Notes: generated from the sequence alone by a model not told the origin. A DNA stretch of 64,000 bases from a virus (IMGVR_UViG_3300047321_000170:18937-82936), one strand, 5' to 3'; numbered from the stretch's first letter, positions 9,255 to 18,913 are shown. Translations and numbers: made by a program.

Positions 9255-10738
9255 GCGATACCAATCTGGTTGTTGAAGTGCATCCGACGCTGCACAACAC
9301 CGTCGAAGTGCGCGCGGCCTCTAAGGCGGTGGACGTGCTCCCGCAGACGGGCAATCAAGTCGATACACATCCGCTCTCGCCGCTCGTCGAAGTGCGCGCG
9401 CCTGGCCTTCAGGGGCCGAAGGGAGATCCGGGTGATGTCGGCCCGACTGGTCCTGCTGGTGCGCAGGGCGAGCAAGGTCCGGAAGGTCCGCAGGGCGTGC
9501 CGGGTCCGAAGGGCGACGTGGGCGATCACGGGCCGCAGGGCATTCAGGGCGAGAAAGGTGACCCCGGCGCGCAGGGTCCACAGGGCCTTCCCGGTGTAAA
9601 GGGTGACACCGGGCCGCAGGGTTTGCAGGGGCCGAAGGGTGATCAGGGCGACCCTGGCCCGCAGGGGCCGCAAGGCCTGAAGGGCGACAAGGGCGATCAG
9701 GGCGACCAGGGGCCGCAGGGGATTCCGGGTGTGAAGGGTGACACCGGAGCGGCCGGCGCGGCTGGCGCGCAAGGGCCGGTCGGCCCTGCCGGTGCCGATG
9801 GTCTGCAAGGCCCAGCTGGTCCGAAAGGCGACAAGGGTGACCCTGGCGCGCAGGGGCCGCAGGGCGAGGTTGGCCCGATGGGACCGGCAGGCAGCGGTGA
9901 GGGAAGCATCGGCCCGGAGGGGCCGCAGGGTGTGGCCGGCCCGCAGGGGCCGAAGGGCGACACAGGCGACGTGGGACCGGCAGGCGCGCAGGGGCCGCAG
10001 GGTGAACAAGGGCCAGCCGGTGCGGACGGAGCGCAGGGGCCGCAGGGCATCCAGGGCGAGCCGGGTCCGAAGGGCGACACAGGCGCGCAGGGGCCGCAGG
10101 GTATCCAAGGCGAGAAAGGCGACACAGGGGCGCAAGGTCCGCAGGGGCTTCAGGGTCTGAAGGGTGACCAAGGTGACCCCGGTGCGCAAGGGCCGCAAGG
10201 GCTAAAGGGCGACACCGGGGCGCAAGGGCCGCAGGGCTTGAAGGGCGACACCGGGGCGGCAGGCGCGCAGGGCATTCAGGGGCCGCAGGGCACGCAAGGT
10301 GTGCAGGGCGTGAAAGGCGACACGGGCGTGCAGGGACCGCAAGGTGTTGCTGGTCCCACCGGCGCCACCGGCCCGCAAGGGCCGAAGGGTGACCCAGGCG
10401 CTACTGGCCCAGGAGCTATTCCGCTCCCCGGCACGATCGCCACCGCGTCCAAGACACTGGCTCTCACCGATGCGCCCTCCCCGGCCTATCAGGGTGGCGT
10501 GCCGATGAACGTGGCGACGGCGAACACCGTGACCGTCCCGCCGAACGCGAGCGTGGCCTTCCCGGTCGGCACCATGATCATGGTCGGCCAGCTAGGCGCG
10601 GGGCAGACCAGCATCGTGGCCGGATCTGGCGTGACGCTGCGCACCAGCTCGTCGCTGACGCTGCGCGCGCAGTACTCGTGTGCCACGCTCTGGAAGGTGG
10701 ACACCGATACGTGGATGGTGATGGGAGATCTGACGTGA
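9251..10738 (+). CDS. Collagen-like fibre protein
   Basis: More than 100 Gly-X-Y triplets; C-terminal [21 protein letters not shown] domain. Confidence 0.88.
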   Translation: MSDTNLVVEVHPTLHNTVEVRAASKAVDVLPQTGNQVDTHPLSPLVEVRAPGLQGPKGDPGDVGPTGPAGAQGEQGPEGPQGVPGPKGDVGDHGPQGIQGEKGDPGAQGPQGLPGVKGDTGPQGLQGPKGDQGDPGPQGPQGLKGDKGDQGDQGPQGIPGVKGDTGAAGAAGAQGPVGPAGADGLQGPAGPKGDKGDPGAQGPQGEVGPMGPAGSGEGSIGPEGPQGVAGPQGPKGDTGDVGPAGAQGPQGEQGPAGADGAQGPQGIQGEPGPKGDTGAQGPQGIQGEKGDTGAQGPQGLQGLKGDQGDPGAQGPQGLKGDTGAQGPQGLKGDTGAAGAQGIQGPQGTQGVQGVKGDTGVQGPQGVAGPTGATGPQGPKGDPGATGPGAIPLPGTIATASKTLALTDAPSPAYQGGVPMNVATANTVTVPPNASVAFPVGTMIMVGQLGAGQTSIVAGSGVTLRTSSSLTLRAQYSCATLWKVDTDTWMVMGDLT

Positions 10739-11460
10739 TCCCGGCTGCGTTCCGATACCGCCCGACGATTCCCTCGGGCGGGAGCATTCAGGTCGTCTCG
10801 ACATCGAGCGCGGTCGCTGACGTGGCCGTGGCCAACTCGGGCAACGCGTTCGCCACGCTGCCAGCGCCATCGGGCATCGTCGCGGGGAACCTGCTGTTTG
10901 CGTACGCGGTGTACGACGATTTGAACGCCGTGTCATCCCTCGCGCCTGCCGGTTGGACGGTGCAGCGCGCGTACAACTACTCGACCCACAACAACACCGG
11001 CTTCATAGCCACCTTGTGGAAGATCGCGACCGCCAACGAGCCCGCGAGCTATTCGTTTGGCAGCGCGAGCATCAACACGATCAGCGTGGGGTGCGTTCAG
11101 CTGTCAGGCGTTTCGCAGAGCAACCCGTTCGGCGGGATAGGCCCCACGAATACCAAGATCAACTCGGCCACGACGACCTTCGCGACGCTCACGCGGGCGG
11201 TAGCAGGGCTTGAATTGCTGGTAGCGGGCACGGGCTCCAACTACTCCAGCACTGTCGCGAACGCGTGGACGCCACCCTCTGGATATACCCAGCTGCCCGC
11301 CGTGACGGGCAACTACAACAAGAACAACACGTCCGAGTCGCAGGCGATCTTCGCGGCGTACAACCTCAACGCCCCGGTTGGTGCGACGGGGGCCTTGACC
11401 GGGACTCTCAATAAGGCTTACTACAACGGCACCTTCAATATCTCCTTCAACCCTGCCTGA
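10735..11460 (+). CDS. Fibre tip/receptor-binding-like beta protein
   Basis: GTGA overlap; PSGI.AG.LL, PAGWT, WKIATANEPASY, PPSGYT motifs. Confidence 0.6.
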   Translation: MIPAAFRYRPTIPSGGSIQVVSTSSAVADVAVANSGNAFATLPAPSGIVAGNLLFAYAVYDDLNAVSSLAPAGWTVQRAYNYSTHNNTGFIATLWKIATANEPASYSFGSASINTISVGCVQLSGVSQSNPFGGIGPTNTKINSATTTFATLTRAVAGLELLVAGTGSNYSSTVANAWTPPSGYTQLPAVTGNYNKNNTSESQAIFAAYNLNAPVGATGALTGTLNKAYYNGTFNISFNPA

Positions 11461-11504
11461 TCGCTGTCACTACGCTACGCAATGAGACGCTAAGGAACGC
11501 CCTG

Positions 11505-11519
11505 GACTATACGATAGTC
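11505..11519. promoter_or_regulatory. Palindromic operator, family A
   Basis: GACTATACGATAGTC upstream of xis. Confidence 0.55.
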
Positions 11520-11583
11520 GGGGCGGAAGACTTGCAATTGAGGGAGAGCGCACATACGATGCGCCCTCTGGCCAACCCTCAAC

Positions 11584-11787
11584 ATGGAGCAAACGATGAC
11601 ACCCACCACTGTCACCACGCCCACCCCGAAGCTGTACCGAATTCAAGCCGTCATGCAGCAGCTCAGCGTCTCGCGCGCGACCGTCTATCGTCTCGTGAAC
11701 AACGGCAAGCTGAAGCTGGTCAAGATCGGCGAACGCTCCAGCGGCATCACCGCGGAGAGCGTTGACGCTCTGGTAGCCGGCGCCTAA
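11584..11787 (+). CDS. xis: AlpA-family excisionase
   Basis: LYRIQAVMQQLSVSRATVYRLV HTH; near att site and integrase. Confidence 0.85.
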   Translation: MEQTMTPTTVTTPTPKLYRIQAVMQQLSVSRATVYRLVNNGKLKLVKIGERSSGITAESVDALVAGA

Positions 11788-12101
11788 CCGGACTCCTCTC
11801 TCGGGGGCAGTTTCTCCGCTGCCCCAAGCGGGGCCACTCTCTGTGGCCCCGATCCCAAGAATCCCCGCCTCGACATCTCCTGCATCATCAGCACACGCAG
11901 CTTTTCCAGTGCGACCAGCTGGCCACCCACGTCAACTTCCCAGCAACGCTGCACGACAACCCGATAGCTTTCGACCTCGTCGAACAGCTCGCGCATTCGC
12001 ACGACCTCCAGCACGAGCGCGCGGATCTCGTCTTGAGGGTACGTCCGATACAGGCGTCGCAAGTCCGTCATCGTCGGCGTTCCGAAATCTGGCAATCGCA
12101 T
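11784..12101 (-). CDS. LexA-regulated hypothetical protein
   Basis: 105-aa ORF with SD AAGGA; SOS box immediately upstream. Confidence 0.75.
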   Translation of the reverse strand: MRLPDFGTPTMTDLRRLYRTYPQDEIRALVLEVVRMRELFDEVESYRVVVQRCWEVDVGGQLVALEKLRVLMMQEMSRRGFLGSGPQRVAPLGAAEKLPPREESG

Positions 12102-12116
12102 GGCACTTCCTTAATA

Positions 12117-12132
12117 CTGTACGGATATACAG
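12117..12132. promoter_or_regulatory. LexA (SOS) box
   Basis: TA-CTGT-ACGGATAT-ACAG-TA. Confidence 0.85.
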
Positions 12133-12176
12133 TATCACGAACGCGCGCGGATGCCAGTACACTCGGGCGATTTTGC

Positions 12177-12480
12177 AGCTACCCACCCTTCTGCCCTACC
12201 ACCCCAAAAGTGGGTAGCTAGTCGGGTAGCTAGAGCCTAATTTTACTGGTCTGTTCACCGCAAACCCTTATGCAGCAAGGCTGCGAGAAATTCATGAAGA
12301 TTGCCACCTGCAATCTCCATTGATGTGTTTTAACGTACCGGAGTGTTTCAGGCAATCCCCGGAAAGCCCTGCCCAGCAAGGGTTCGTGTTCCGTAGTGTT
12401 TCATAATGTTTCGCGATACCACGCGAAATATGGGTAGCTAGGTGGGTAGCTAGAGCACGTATAATCGCGCCTAGCTACCC
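12177..12480. repeat. Integrase arm-type repeats of attP
   Basis: GGGTAGCTAG at 12212, 12224, 12432 and 12444; inverted at 12471 and partly at 12177. Confidence 0.8.
12294..12320. other. attP core
   Basis: ATGAAGATTG-CCACCTG-CAATCTCCAT: 9/10 inverted repeat around a 7-bp overlap, between the arm repeats. Confidence 0.75.
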
Positions 12481-12496
12481 ACCACAGAGACCTACG

Positions 12497-13780
12497 ATGG
12501 CGCGTAAAACACATCTTCTGGACGACATCCAGATCCGGCACTGGATCGCCAAGGGCGAGCCGGTCGCCAAGTCAGATGGTGAAGGCCTGACCTTTACCCT
12601 CTCCTCAGCCGGCACCGCGAGCTGGATCTTGCGCTACCGCCGAGGCGGCGGTCGCCGTAAGGAAATCACGATCGGCAACTATCCGGACATGACGCTCGCC
12701 GCGGCCCGAAAGGCTGCTCGTGCCCACCGCGTCGCGGTCGACAATGGGATAGACCCCGCAGCTGAGAAGAAGGTCGAGAAGGCGCGCTCCGTGCTCGCGT
12801 GGACCGTCAACGAGCTGTGCGACGACTACGAGGAGAAGCACCTGGTGGCGCCCCTCTCGAAGTCCACGATCTATTACCGGAAGTGGGACATCAAGAACAT
12901 CATCCGGCCTAAGCTGGGTTCGCTCGAAGTTCGCAAGATCCTGCCTGCTGACATCGTCTACATTCTGGAGAACAGCGGGCGCACCTGGACGGTGAATAAG
13001 CGAATCCTTACATCTATGAAGCAGCTCTTTGGCCATGCGCTAGGGAAGCGGATCATCGACGTGAACCCCGCCTTCGGTATCGAGATGAAGGCACTGTTCG
13101 GCAAACGCCCGCCCGTTCGCAAACGCCTGATGCTCACCGAGGGCGAGCTTCGCAAACTGCTGCCTGGCATTGACAAGAAGATCGGCCGCGAGAACGGCCT
13201 CATGCTGCGCGTGCTGCTGGCTACCTGCGTGCGAACGAACGAGCTGGTCATGGCCCGCAAGCAGTTCATCGATCTGAAGCGCGGCTCCTGGTTCGTACAC
13301 GACGAGTCGGTCAAGACTCGTCAAGGCTTCACCGTCCCGCTGGTTCCTGTCGTCATTGGCTGGATGAAAGAGCTGTACGCCCTGTCCGGAGACTCCGACT
13401 GGCTGTTGCCAGCTCGCAGCAACAAACGCCGCAACCGGCTTGGTGAAACTCATATCGGCAATACCACGCTGTGGGCCGCGATCACGCGAGCGTTCCAATC
13501 TGAGAAGCTGGAGATGCGTCGCTTCACGCCGCACGATACGCGCAGCACCGCCAAAAGCCATATGCGGAATCTGGGCATCTCGAACGAAGTCAGTGAGCTT
13601 GCGCTTAACCACAAGCTCAAAGGTATGGAAGGGATCTATGACGTGCGAGAAGAGATCCCCGAGCGACGCGAGGCGATGGAGATATGGGCGCAGTTCATTG
13701 CAGACTGCTGCGACGGTAAGGAACCGGAAACGGGCCGACCAACGAACGTGGTCGCATTGAGAAGGAAGGCTGCGGCTTGA
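12497..13780 (+). CDS. int: Tyrosine integrase (P4-like, arm-binding N-terminal domain)
   Basis: DGEGL..W..RY..IGNYP..LA.AR N-terminus; catalytic R, HDTR, LNH, Y. Confidence 0.95.
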   Translation: MARKTHLLDDIQIRHWIAKGEPVAKSDGEGLTFTLSSAGTASWILRYRRGGGRRKEITIGNYPDMTLAAARKAARAHRVAVDNGIDPAAEKKVEKARSVLAWTVNELCDDYEEKHLVAPLSKSTIYYRKWDIKNIIRPKLGSLEVRKILPADIVYILENSGRTWTVNKRILTSMKQLFGHALGKRIIDVNPAFGIEMKALFGKRPPVRKRLMLTEGELRKLLPGIDKKIGRENGLMLRVLLATCVRTNELVMARKQFIDLKRGSWFVHDESVKTRQGFTVPLVPVVIGWMKELYALSGDSDWLLPARSNKRRNRLGETHIGNTTLWAAITRAFQSEKLEMRRFTPHDTRSTAKSHMRNLGISNEVSELALNHKLKGMEGIYDVREEIPERREAMEIWAQFIADCCDGKEPETGRPTNVVALRRKAAA

Positions 13781-13781
13781 A

Positions 13782-13808
13782 TAAAAACGCCGGCTATGAG
13801 CCGGCGTG
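13782..13808. terminator. Terminator between convergent genes
   Basis: AAAA-ACGCCGGCT-ATG-AGCCGGCGT. Confidence 0.6.
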
Positions 13809-13810
13809 TC

Positions 13811-14044
13811 TTACTGTGCTGTCTGTTCAATCGGCCAAGGCATTTCCATACCTTCGCGAATGATTACCGCCATCTCGGTAGCTAGAACCAGCCGGATCTC
13901 TGGCGGCAAGTTCAACAGCGGATCTTTGATGTCCCTCCGGTCACACAGATCGTGCAGCACGCCTAGTGCAACGGCGTCCGCTCGATCAACTGGCTTGTGG
14001 CCGCTAAACGGGTACTGAATGCCTCTCGCGATGTCACGGTTCAT
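13811..14044 (-). CDS. Hypothetical protein
   Basis: ORF with GGAGG SD. Confidence 0.7.
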   Translation of the reverse strand: MNRDIARGIQYPFSGHKPVDRADAVALGVLHDLCDRRDIKDPLLNLPPEIRLVLATEMAVIIREGMEMPWPIEQTAQ

Positions 14045-14079
14045 GATTGATCCTCCAAGGTCTTAGCTGTCACTATAGC

Positions 14080-14424
14080 TCACGCTGTCAGCTCCATCAC
14101 GTCAACCAGCGCGCTCTCGAATTCGAACGGCTCGTAGTCGACCAGCTTGATGCCCCACGATCCATCGAGCGGTGGCCAGCCCTCTACCTCCCCGCTGTTG
14201 AACGCTGCCTCCGGGTCCATGCGTTCCACGGACAGCGCCATGAACTCGACGCAGAGCATCGTGAGTACGGCCAGCAGCGCGCTGCCATGCTCGAAGACGC
14301 GGTCTTCCGCTCCGCTCCAGAAGTTGTTCAGCTCGTGGGCCTTCTCGTCGGTCAAGATCGAATGATCGACCTCGACGGTCATGTCGTAGCCATCGGCGTA
14401 CGTCAGCTGGTATTGCTTCTTCAT
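14080..14424 (-). CDS. Hypothetical protein (DUF2528-like)
   Basis: VEVDH..E.NNFW...EGWPPLDGS.GI.L motif. Confidence 0.6.
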   Translation of the reverse strand: MKKQYQLTYADGYDMTVEVDHSILTDEKAHELNNFWSGAEDRVFEHGSALLAVLTMLCVEFMALSVERMDPEAAFNSGEVEGWPPLDGSWGIKLVDYEPFEFESALVDVMELTA

Positions 14425-14651
14425 AGGATCTCCTGCTCGCTCGGCTCGAAGGAGTGATCTTCTTCGAAGCGATACTTCAGCTTACGTTTCCACGCGAACT
14501 CTTCAGCGCGGTCCTTGTTTGAGAACAACCACAGGCCCGCGTGCGGCCCAGTCGGGATGCTGCATCCAACCGCTTCCGGAAACAGCTTTTCGTCGAAGGA
14601 GAAGGCCGGTGTTTTAGGACACACTTCGAACACAATCTCGTTATCGCTCAT
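14421..14651 (-). CDS. Hypothetical protein
   Basis: Coupled ORF. Confidence 0.65.
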   Translation of the reverse strand: MSDNEIVFEVCPKTPAFSFDEKLFPEAVGCSIPTGPHAGLWLFSNKDRAEEFAWKRKLKYRFEEDHSFEPSEQEIL

Positions 14652-14863
14652 GTCGGCTCCTTCGGAACAGTGGTCATGAAACCGTCGAACAGGTCGCGCA
14701 TCTTGTCCTGTACGTGCTCACTGGTGATCACGCTGGACTTCGCGACGATGCGAAGCTGGCGAGGCTGGTTGTTTTTGTCAAAACACTTCGCGCCGAACTC
14801 CCACGAGTGGTTGAGCAAGGCGCGGAAGCGGGCAGCGTCTGCCGCTTCAGATCTGCTGGTCAT
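14648..14863 (-). CDS. Hypothetical protein
   Basis: Coupled ORF; DAARFR motif. Confidence 0.65.
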   Translation of the reverse strand: MTSRSEAADAARFRALLNHSWEFGAKCFDKNNQPRQLRIVAKSSVITSEHVQDKMRDLFDGFMTTVPKEPT

Positions 14864-15177
14864 GGCGTCTCCTTTTCGACGAGACCCAGCGACTGCGAAT
14901 ACTCCAGGAAGTGCTGGACCTTCGCCAGCTTCTTGCTGATGGCCACATGGTCAGGCTGGCCGATGTCGAAGAAGAACTCTCCGTTCGAGACATCACCCAG
15001 GCGCTGCACCATAGCGAGCACGTCATTCAGCTCAGCATAAATCCGTTGTGCGTTCGTCTCAGTGCGCTCCGGGTGACGCTCGCTCAAGCCGAAGTGCGCG
15101 GCCTTCAACGCTATCTGCGCAACTTCTGCTGCTTCCTCGGCGAGCTTCACGAGGTAGTACTGCTGTAGCGTCATCAT
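14860..15177 (-). CDS. MazG-like nucleotide pyrophosphohydrolase
   Basis: LAEEAAEV..K..FG..ELNDV. Confidence 0.7.
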   Translation of the reverse strand: MMTLQQYYLVKLAEEAAEVAQIALKAAHFGLSERHPERTETNAQRIYAELNDVLAMVQRLGDVSNGEFFFDIGQPDHVAISKKLAKVQHFLEYSQSLGLVEKETP

Positions 15178-15413
15178 GGCTTCGCTCCTTGCTTCTTCGC
15201 GTTGTACGCTGCGATCACTTCCTTCTCCTTCTCCTTGTCACGCTTCGGCATCGCGGCCCACGCGAGGTAGTTCTCGCCCAGCTCGCCCGACCACGTACCT
15301 GTGACCAGCACGCAACCGATGGTGAGCAGCATCATCTTTGCGCCGGCATGCTGCGGCTTCTCGTAGATCCACTTAACGTCCGGAGCCGAGACGTAGTCTT
15401 TACCGAGGGTCAT
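15174..15413 (-). CDS. Hypothetical protein
   Basis: Coupled ORF. Confidence 0.65.
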   Translation of the reverse strand: MTLGKDYVSAPDVKWIYEKPQHAGAKMMLLTIGCVLVTGTWSGELGENYLAWAAMPKRDKEKEKEVIAAYNAKKQGAKP

Positions 15414-15583
15414 AGCTTTTGAAATCCTTTAAATTCTGGGATAAGGAGAACCAGCGCTGCCGCCACATCTGCTCGGTCCACTTTTCCGGACCACTTCAGA
15501 AGGCCGTCTGATAGCTTGACCTCAATGGTCACTTCACACGGTCTCGGGTGCGGGCAGGGTGGCGCAATCGTTCCACCTGACAT
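15410..15583 (-). CDS. Small hypothetical protein (57 aa, not in ORF track)
   Basis: MSGGTIAPPCPHPRPC..; fills the gap with coupled ends. Confidence 0.45.
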   Translation of the reverse strand: MSGGTIAPPCPHPRPCEVTIEVKLSDGLLKWSGKVDRADVAAALVLLIPEFKGFQKL

Positions 15584-15790
15584 TCAATCCTCCTGCGGAA
15601 ACGCTGTGCGGCGCGCGTCGTAGCTCACTTCGAGCATCCCTCCGCACACGTTGTCAGTGAACATCTCGCCCTTGAAGTCACCAGCTTGCAGCTCCAGCAG
15701 CCGGTTGCAGTGCGGGCACTTCACGAAGATGTCGTTGCTGTTGCTCTCGCGGTGATACTTCTTCACCCCCAGGATCTCATTGAGGGCCAT
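15584..15790 (-). CDS. Zn-ribbon-like protein
   Basis: CPHC...VCGG. Confidence 0.6.
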   Translation of the reverse strand: MALNEILGVKKYHRESNSNDIFVKCPHCNRLLELQAGDFKGEMFTDNVCGGMLEVSYDARRTAFPQED

Positions 15791-16098
15791 CAGTGCGTCT
15801 CCGTCACGATGGTTTCCGTCTCTTGCCGGTGGCAGTTCTTGCCGCAGCTCACGGTGTACTGACGGTCGGTCGAGACCATGCTGTTCGGGCACTTGGTGAA
15901 GTAGTGATTCGTGTCGCCTACCTTGAACGCGTAGACATCACAACCGTCCTTCTTACGGATGATGTGTGGCTCTCGCTCAGCTGCTTCGCGTGCAGCCTTT
16001 TCCGCCTCGCCCTTCTTGTACCAGTCGGACTCCGAGCAGCTGTACATGCCAAAGACGGCGAGCGCTCCGAGGCTGATAACAATGATGAAGTCTTTCAT
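15790..16098 (-). CDS. Membrane-anchored hypothetical protein
   Basis: N-terminal TM; DGC.VY.F..YFT.C. Confidence 0.65.
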   Translation of the reverse strand: MKDFIIVISLGALAVFGMYSCSESDWYKKGEAEKAAREAAEREPHIIRKKDGCDVYAFKVGDTNHYFTKCPNSMVSTDRQYTVSCGKNCHRQETETIVTETH

Positions 16099-16161
16099 CG
16101 GACACCTAATAAAATTTGGATAACTTTTAGTTGGGTAGATCCCGCCGAAGCGGGATCAACT

Positions 16162-16353
16162 TCAGTCCAGCAATGTATGGCAACGCCCACACTGGTCCCG
16201 AAGCTTCATGCCAGGGAACTTATGGCTCGGACCCGTCTTCCGCGTCTCACGCTTGTGATAGCCGAACAGGCACGTTACGCGCTGCCAGAACGGCATCCCC
16301 TCCGGGAACCAAGGCATTGACTCGTTGCGGCGTGTGATGTCATCTCCGTTCAT
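16162..16353 (-). CDS. Hypothetical protein
   Basis: CLFGYH..CGRC motif. Confidence 0.6.
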   Translation of the reverse strand: MNGDDITRRNESMPWFPEGMPFWQRVTCLFGYHKRETRKTGPSHKFPGMKLRDQCGRCHTLLD

Positions 16354-16949
16354 TGGTCACCCAGCGCGTTGACCTTGTCGAACAGATCGTCGGCCTGCAA
16401 CTCCAGACCGTGAATGTCGCCCTCGACATTGGTGATCACGAAGTCGAACGGCCAGTCGTCGAGCCCGCCTTCGCTGCTGTGGTCCTGCACGGCACGCGGC
16501 ACGCCAGGGCGGTTCACGCGCACGAAGGTCGTCTGCACGTCAGACGCTATGAGGCGGTCGCCTTCTCCGTGCCGATAGCGCCAGTCATCGATCACATAGA
16601 TGCTATGAGGCTCGCTGCGTTCGTCGGCATGAATGCCCGTGACCACGAGGTTCGCCCAGAACAGCGGCGAAATCCTGCGGCCCATGTCGCCCAGCTCGCG
16701 CATCAACCCGCGTGGTGACATACCGAACAGCTCGCGGATAGGTAGGTTCTTCAGGGTCGCGTGGTCGACGATCTTTCGCGCTTCCATCAAGTCGTCCCCA
16801 GCGCTGGCCAACAGAACGGCGGTCATCTCCTTGATCGGAGCAGCAAAGCGCGTGCGCTTTACGCCGTATGTCGAAAGCAGGTAGTTGGCCACGGTGGACT
16901 TGCCGTGACCCATGTCGCCAGATAGCGCAATGATTCGAGGTTTCATCAT
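16350..16949 (-). CDS. Deoxynucleoside monophosphate kinase
   Basis: GDMGHGKST, FAAPIK, DDWRY, HSSE. Confidence 0.88.
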   Translation of the reverse strand: MMKPRIIALSGDMGHGKSTVANYLLSTYGVKRTRFAAPIKEMTAVLLASAGDDLMEARKIVDHATLKNLPIRELFGMSPRGLMRELGDMGRRISPLFWANLVVTGIHADERSEPHSIYVIDDWRYRHGEGDRLIASDVQTTFVRVNRPGVPRAVQDHSSEGGLDDWPFDFVITNVEGDIHGLELQADDLFDKVNALGDQ

Positions 16950-17917
16950 GCCTCCCGACGCGGGTAGATCTCGTCGGCATCCATCGCCGCCTGGACCTGC
17001 GCACGCAGCCCGCTTTTCTGCGATTGCGTCAACGGTTGACTGAAGAACTTCACCATCTCGTCGTGAGTCAACGTGCGTCGCAGCCGACCTCCTGTGTACG
17101 GCGGCAGCACGGCCTCGACTTCCTGACGGTGTTGCTTCCAGCCACGCAGGTTGCCGAAGCGCTCGTTCGCGCCGACAGTCGGCGTTGCCTGGTGCTCTGT
17201 CGGCGAGGCGTGGATTGGCTGGGCGCCGACGAGGCGGTCATAGCGCTCACGCTCCTTTTCGACGGACGGGTTGCCATCGAACGGCGTGTAGCTGATCCGT
17301 GCACAGCGAGCGACCGACAGCTTTTTCTGGTCGTCGAGCGGGAGCGAGCGGCGCTCTTCGGTGAGAACATACGGGAGATGCCATTCGCCCCCGCGCAGCA
17401 CGCGCGGAACGCTCAGCTCGATAGCAACCATGATCTCGATGGCCAGGTCGCGCATCGTGGGATCGGCGTCGGGGTGGCAGCGCAGCAGATCGAAGTTGTC
17501 CCAGTCCGTGCCGCTGAGCAGCGCGTCAACATACTGGTGCGCTTCGGTGACGCGGTTGGCAATCTGCTTGTGCGCGCCGAGCTTCATCATGCTCCAGCTG
17601 ATCGCTGCGGAGAGCTTCGCGTGCGTGCGCCAGAGTGCCTTCACGCCGAACAGACGCAGACCCGTCAGCGCCGCGCCCGCTTGCATGCCAGCCTGGTTGC
17701 TACCCCATTCGCTCGGACAGGCCGGGTCGCTCCAGATCTGCTTGAGCATGGTCTTCACAGGCTTCGCACGCGAGGAACCGGCGTTCTTCGACAGTGCGCG
17801 ATGCGTGTTGACTTCTGCTAGGACGATGCGCGGATAGCGCACCTGAACGGTCGTGAATCGAACACCCGCAAGAGAGATCGAATCTTCGATGACCTTGGCC
17901 AGAATAGTAGGTTTCAT
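16946..17917 (-). CDS. thyX: Flavin-dependent thymidylate synthase
   Basis: EVNTHR.LS.NA.SSR, HKQIANR, ARCARISY, HASPTEH. Confidence 0.9.
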   Translation of the reverse strand: MKPTILAKVIEDSISLAGVRFTTVQVRYPRIVLAEVNTHRALSKNAGSSRAKPVKTMLKQIWSDPACPSEWGSNQAGMQAGAALTGLRLFGVKALWRTHAKLSAAISWSMMKLGAHKQIANRVTEAHQYVDALLSGTDWDNFDLLRCHPDADPTMRDLAIEIMVAIELSVPRVLRGGEWHLPYVLTEERRSLPLDDQKKLSVARCARISYTPFDGNPSVEKERERYDRLVGAQPIHASPTEHQATPTVGANERFGNLRGWKQHRQEVEAVLPPYTGGRLRRTLTHDEMVKFFSQPLTQSQKSGLRAQVQAAMDADEIYPRREA

Positions 17918-17925
17918 CTTCGGTT

Positions 17926-17949
17926 CAGGGCCGGTGGTGGACGGCCCTG
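17926..17949 (-). promoter_or_regulatory. CCACCAC-loop leader hairpin upstream of thyX
   Basis: Minus strand CAGGGCCG-TCCACCAC-CGGCCCTG. Confidence 0.75.
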
Positions 17950-17961
17950 CCTGTTGTCGTT

Positions 17962-18537
17962 TTAGGAGTTGCGTGCGTCGAGACCGCCCTTGTCTGCTCG
18001 TGCTTCAGCAGCGGCGTTCGAGTAGGCATCGGGGAATCGTTCGCGCAGCTTGGCGATGTTCTCTTCCATCACGTCTTCGATGGCGAAGCCCAGTGCGTCG
18101 CATGCGTGCGCTACCGCACAAACGACATTCAGGACACCACGCATAATGGAATCCTTCGACGACGCATCGCTCAAGTTCGGAAGCCCGAAGGCAATAAACC
18201 CGGTCTCGATGGCCAAGCGGAAAGAAACCAGCTTCAACTTCTCCGTGAGCGAATAGCTGTCGAAGTCGTCGAACAGATACTGATACTCGGGAATGTCGAA
18301 CTCCAGAGCGTCACAAGCGATAGCGGCATACCAGAGGGTGTCGCCCAGCTCTTCACGCATGTGCGCGACGAACTCGGGGCTTAGCTTCTTGCCGTAGATC
18401 GCAACCCGTTTCACTGTGGTGGTGAATTCGCCGCTCTCGGTGGCCAGACCGAGGATGGCGTGCTCAAGGCGCAGAAAGGCCGTGGCCAACGGCTTTTCTG
18501 TGCGAAGAGCGAGAGGTACGTATTCTTGAAAGTTCAT
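17962..18537 (-). CDS. MazG-like pyrophosphohydrolase (tandem helical domains)
   Basis: GLATESGE..EELGDTLWY..NIAKL.ERFP. Confidence 0.85.
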   Translation of the reverse strand: MNFQEYVPLALRTEKPLATAFLRLEHAILGLATESGEFTTTVKRVAIYGKKLSPEFVAHMREELGDTLWYAAIACDALEFDIPEYQYLFDDFDSYSLTEKLKLVSFRLAIETGFIAFGLPNLSDASSKDSIMRGVLNVVCAVAHACDALGFAIEDVMEENIAKLRERFPDAYSNAAAEARADKGGLDARNS

Positions 18538-18565
18538 GATGTGGTGGTAGTGGTGGTGGTGAAAT

Positions 18566-18913
18566 TCAATAGGTCTCGGGCGGCGCTGTGAACCACAGCC
18601 GGCGCGCGACGACTTCCTCGACGGGAAAGGCATACTGGATTAGGTAGCCTTCATCCATCTTCTGCATAAGCGTCAACTCCCCCTTGTCATGCTTGATCTT
18701 GCAGATTGCCAATCGTCCAAGATCCGCGTCGGGCCACCGGCGCTCGCCGCGGTTGCGGCGGGCGATGATGTGGGGGTAGTGCTTCGGCTCGCCCCACCCT
18801 GCGAGGGGTAGCTCGCGCATCACTTGGGCAACCCGCTCAACGGTGGTGTCGAGGAGCGTAGCGATGTCGGGCGGGGTGTAGTTCTGATCCAGTAGAGTCT
18901 TTATGTTTTCCAT
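18566..18913 (-). CDS. Hypothetical protein, possible N-terminal HTH
   Basis: YTPPDIATLLDTTVERV. Confidence 0.65.
   Translation of the reverse strand: MENIKTLLDQNYTPPDIATLLDTTVERVAQVMRELPLAGWGEPKHYPHIIARRNRGERRWPDADLGRLAICKIKHDKGELTLMQKMDEGYLIQYAFPVEEVVARRLWFTAPPETY

Noticed and set aside
9400-10410. DNA tandem repeat or diversity-generating retroelement in the fibre gene
   Set aside because: Repetition is explained by Gly-X-Y codons; no reverse transcriptase or TR/VR pair was seen.
14860-18537. Modified-base (dZ or 7-deazaguanine) genome pathway
   Set aside because: MazG-like genes and a kinase are present, but no PurZ, DatZ, Que/Dpd or base-transferase genes are recognisable.
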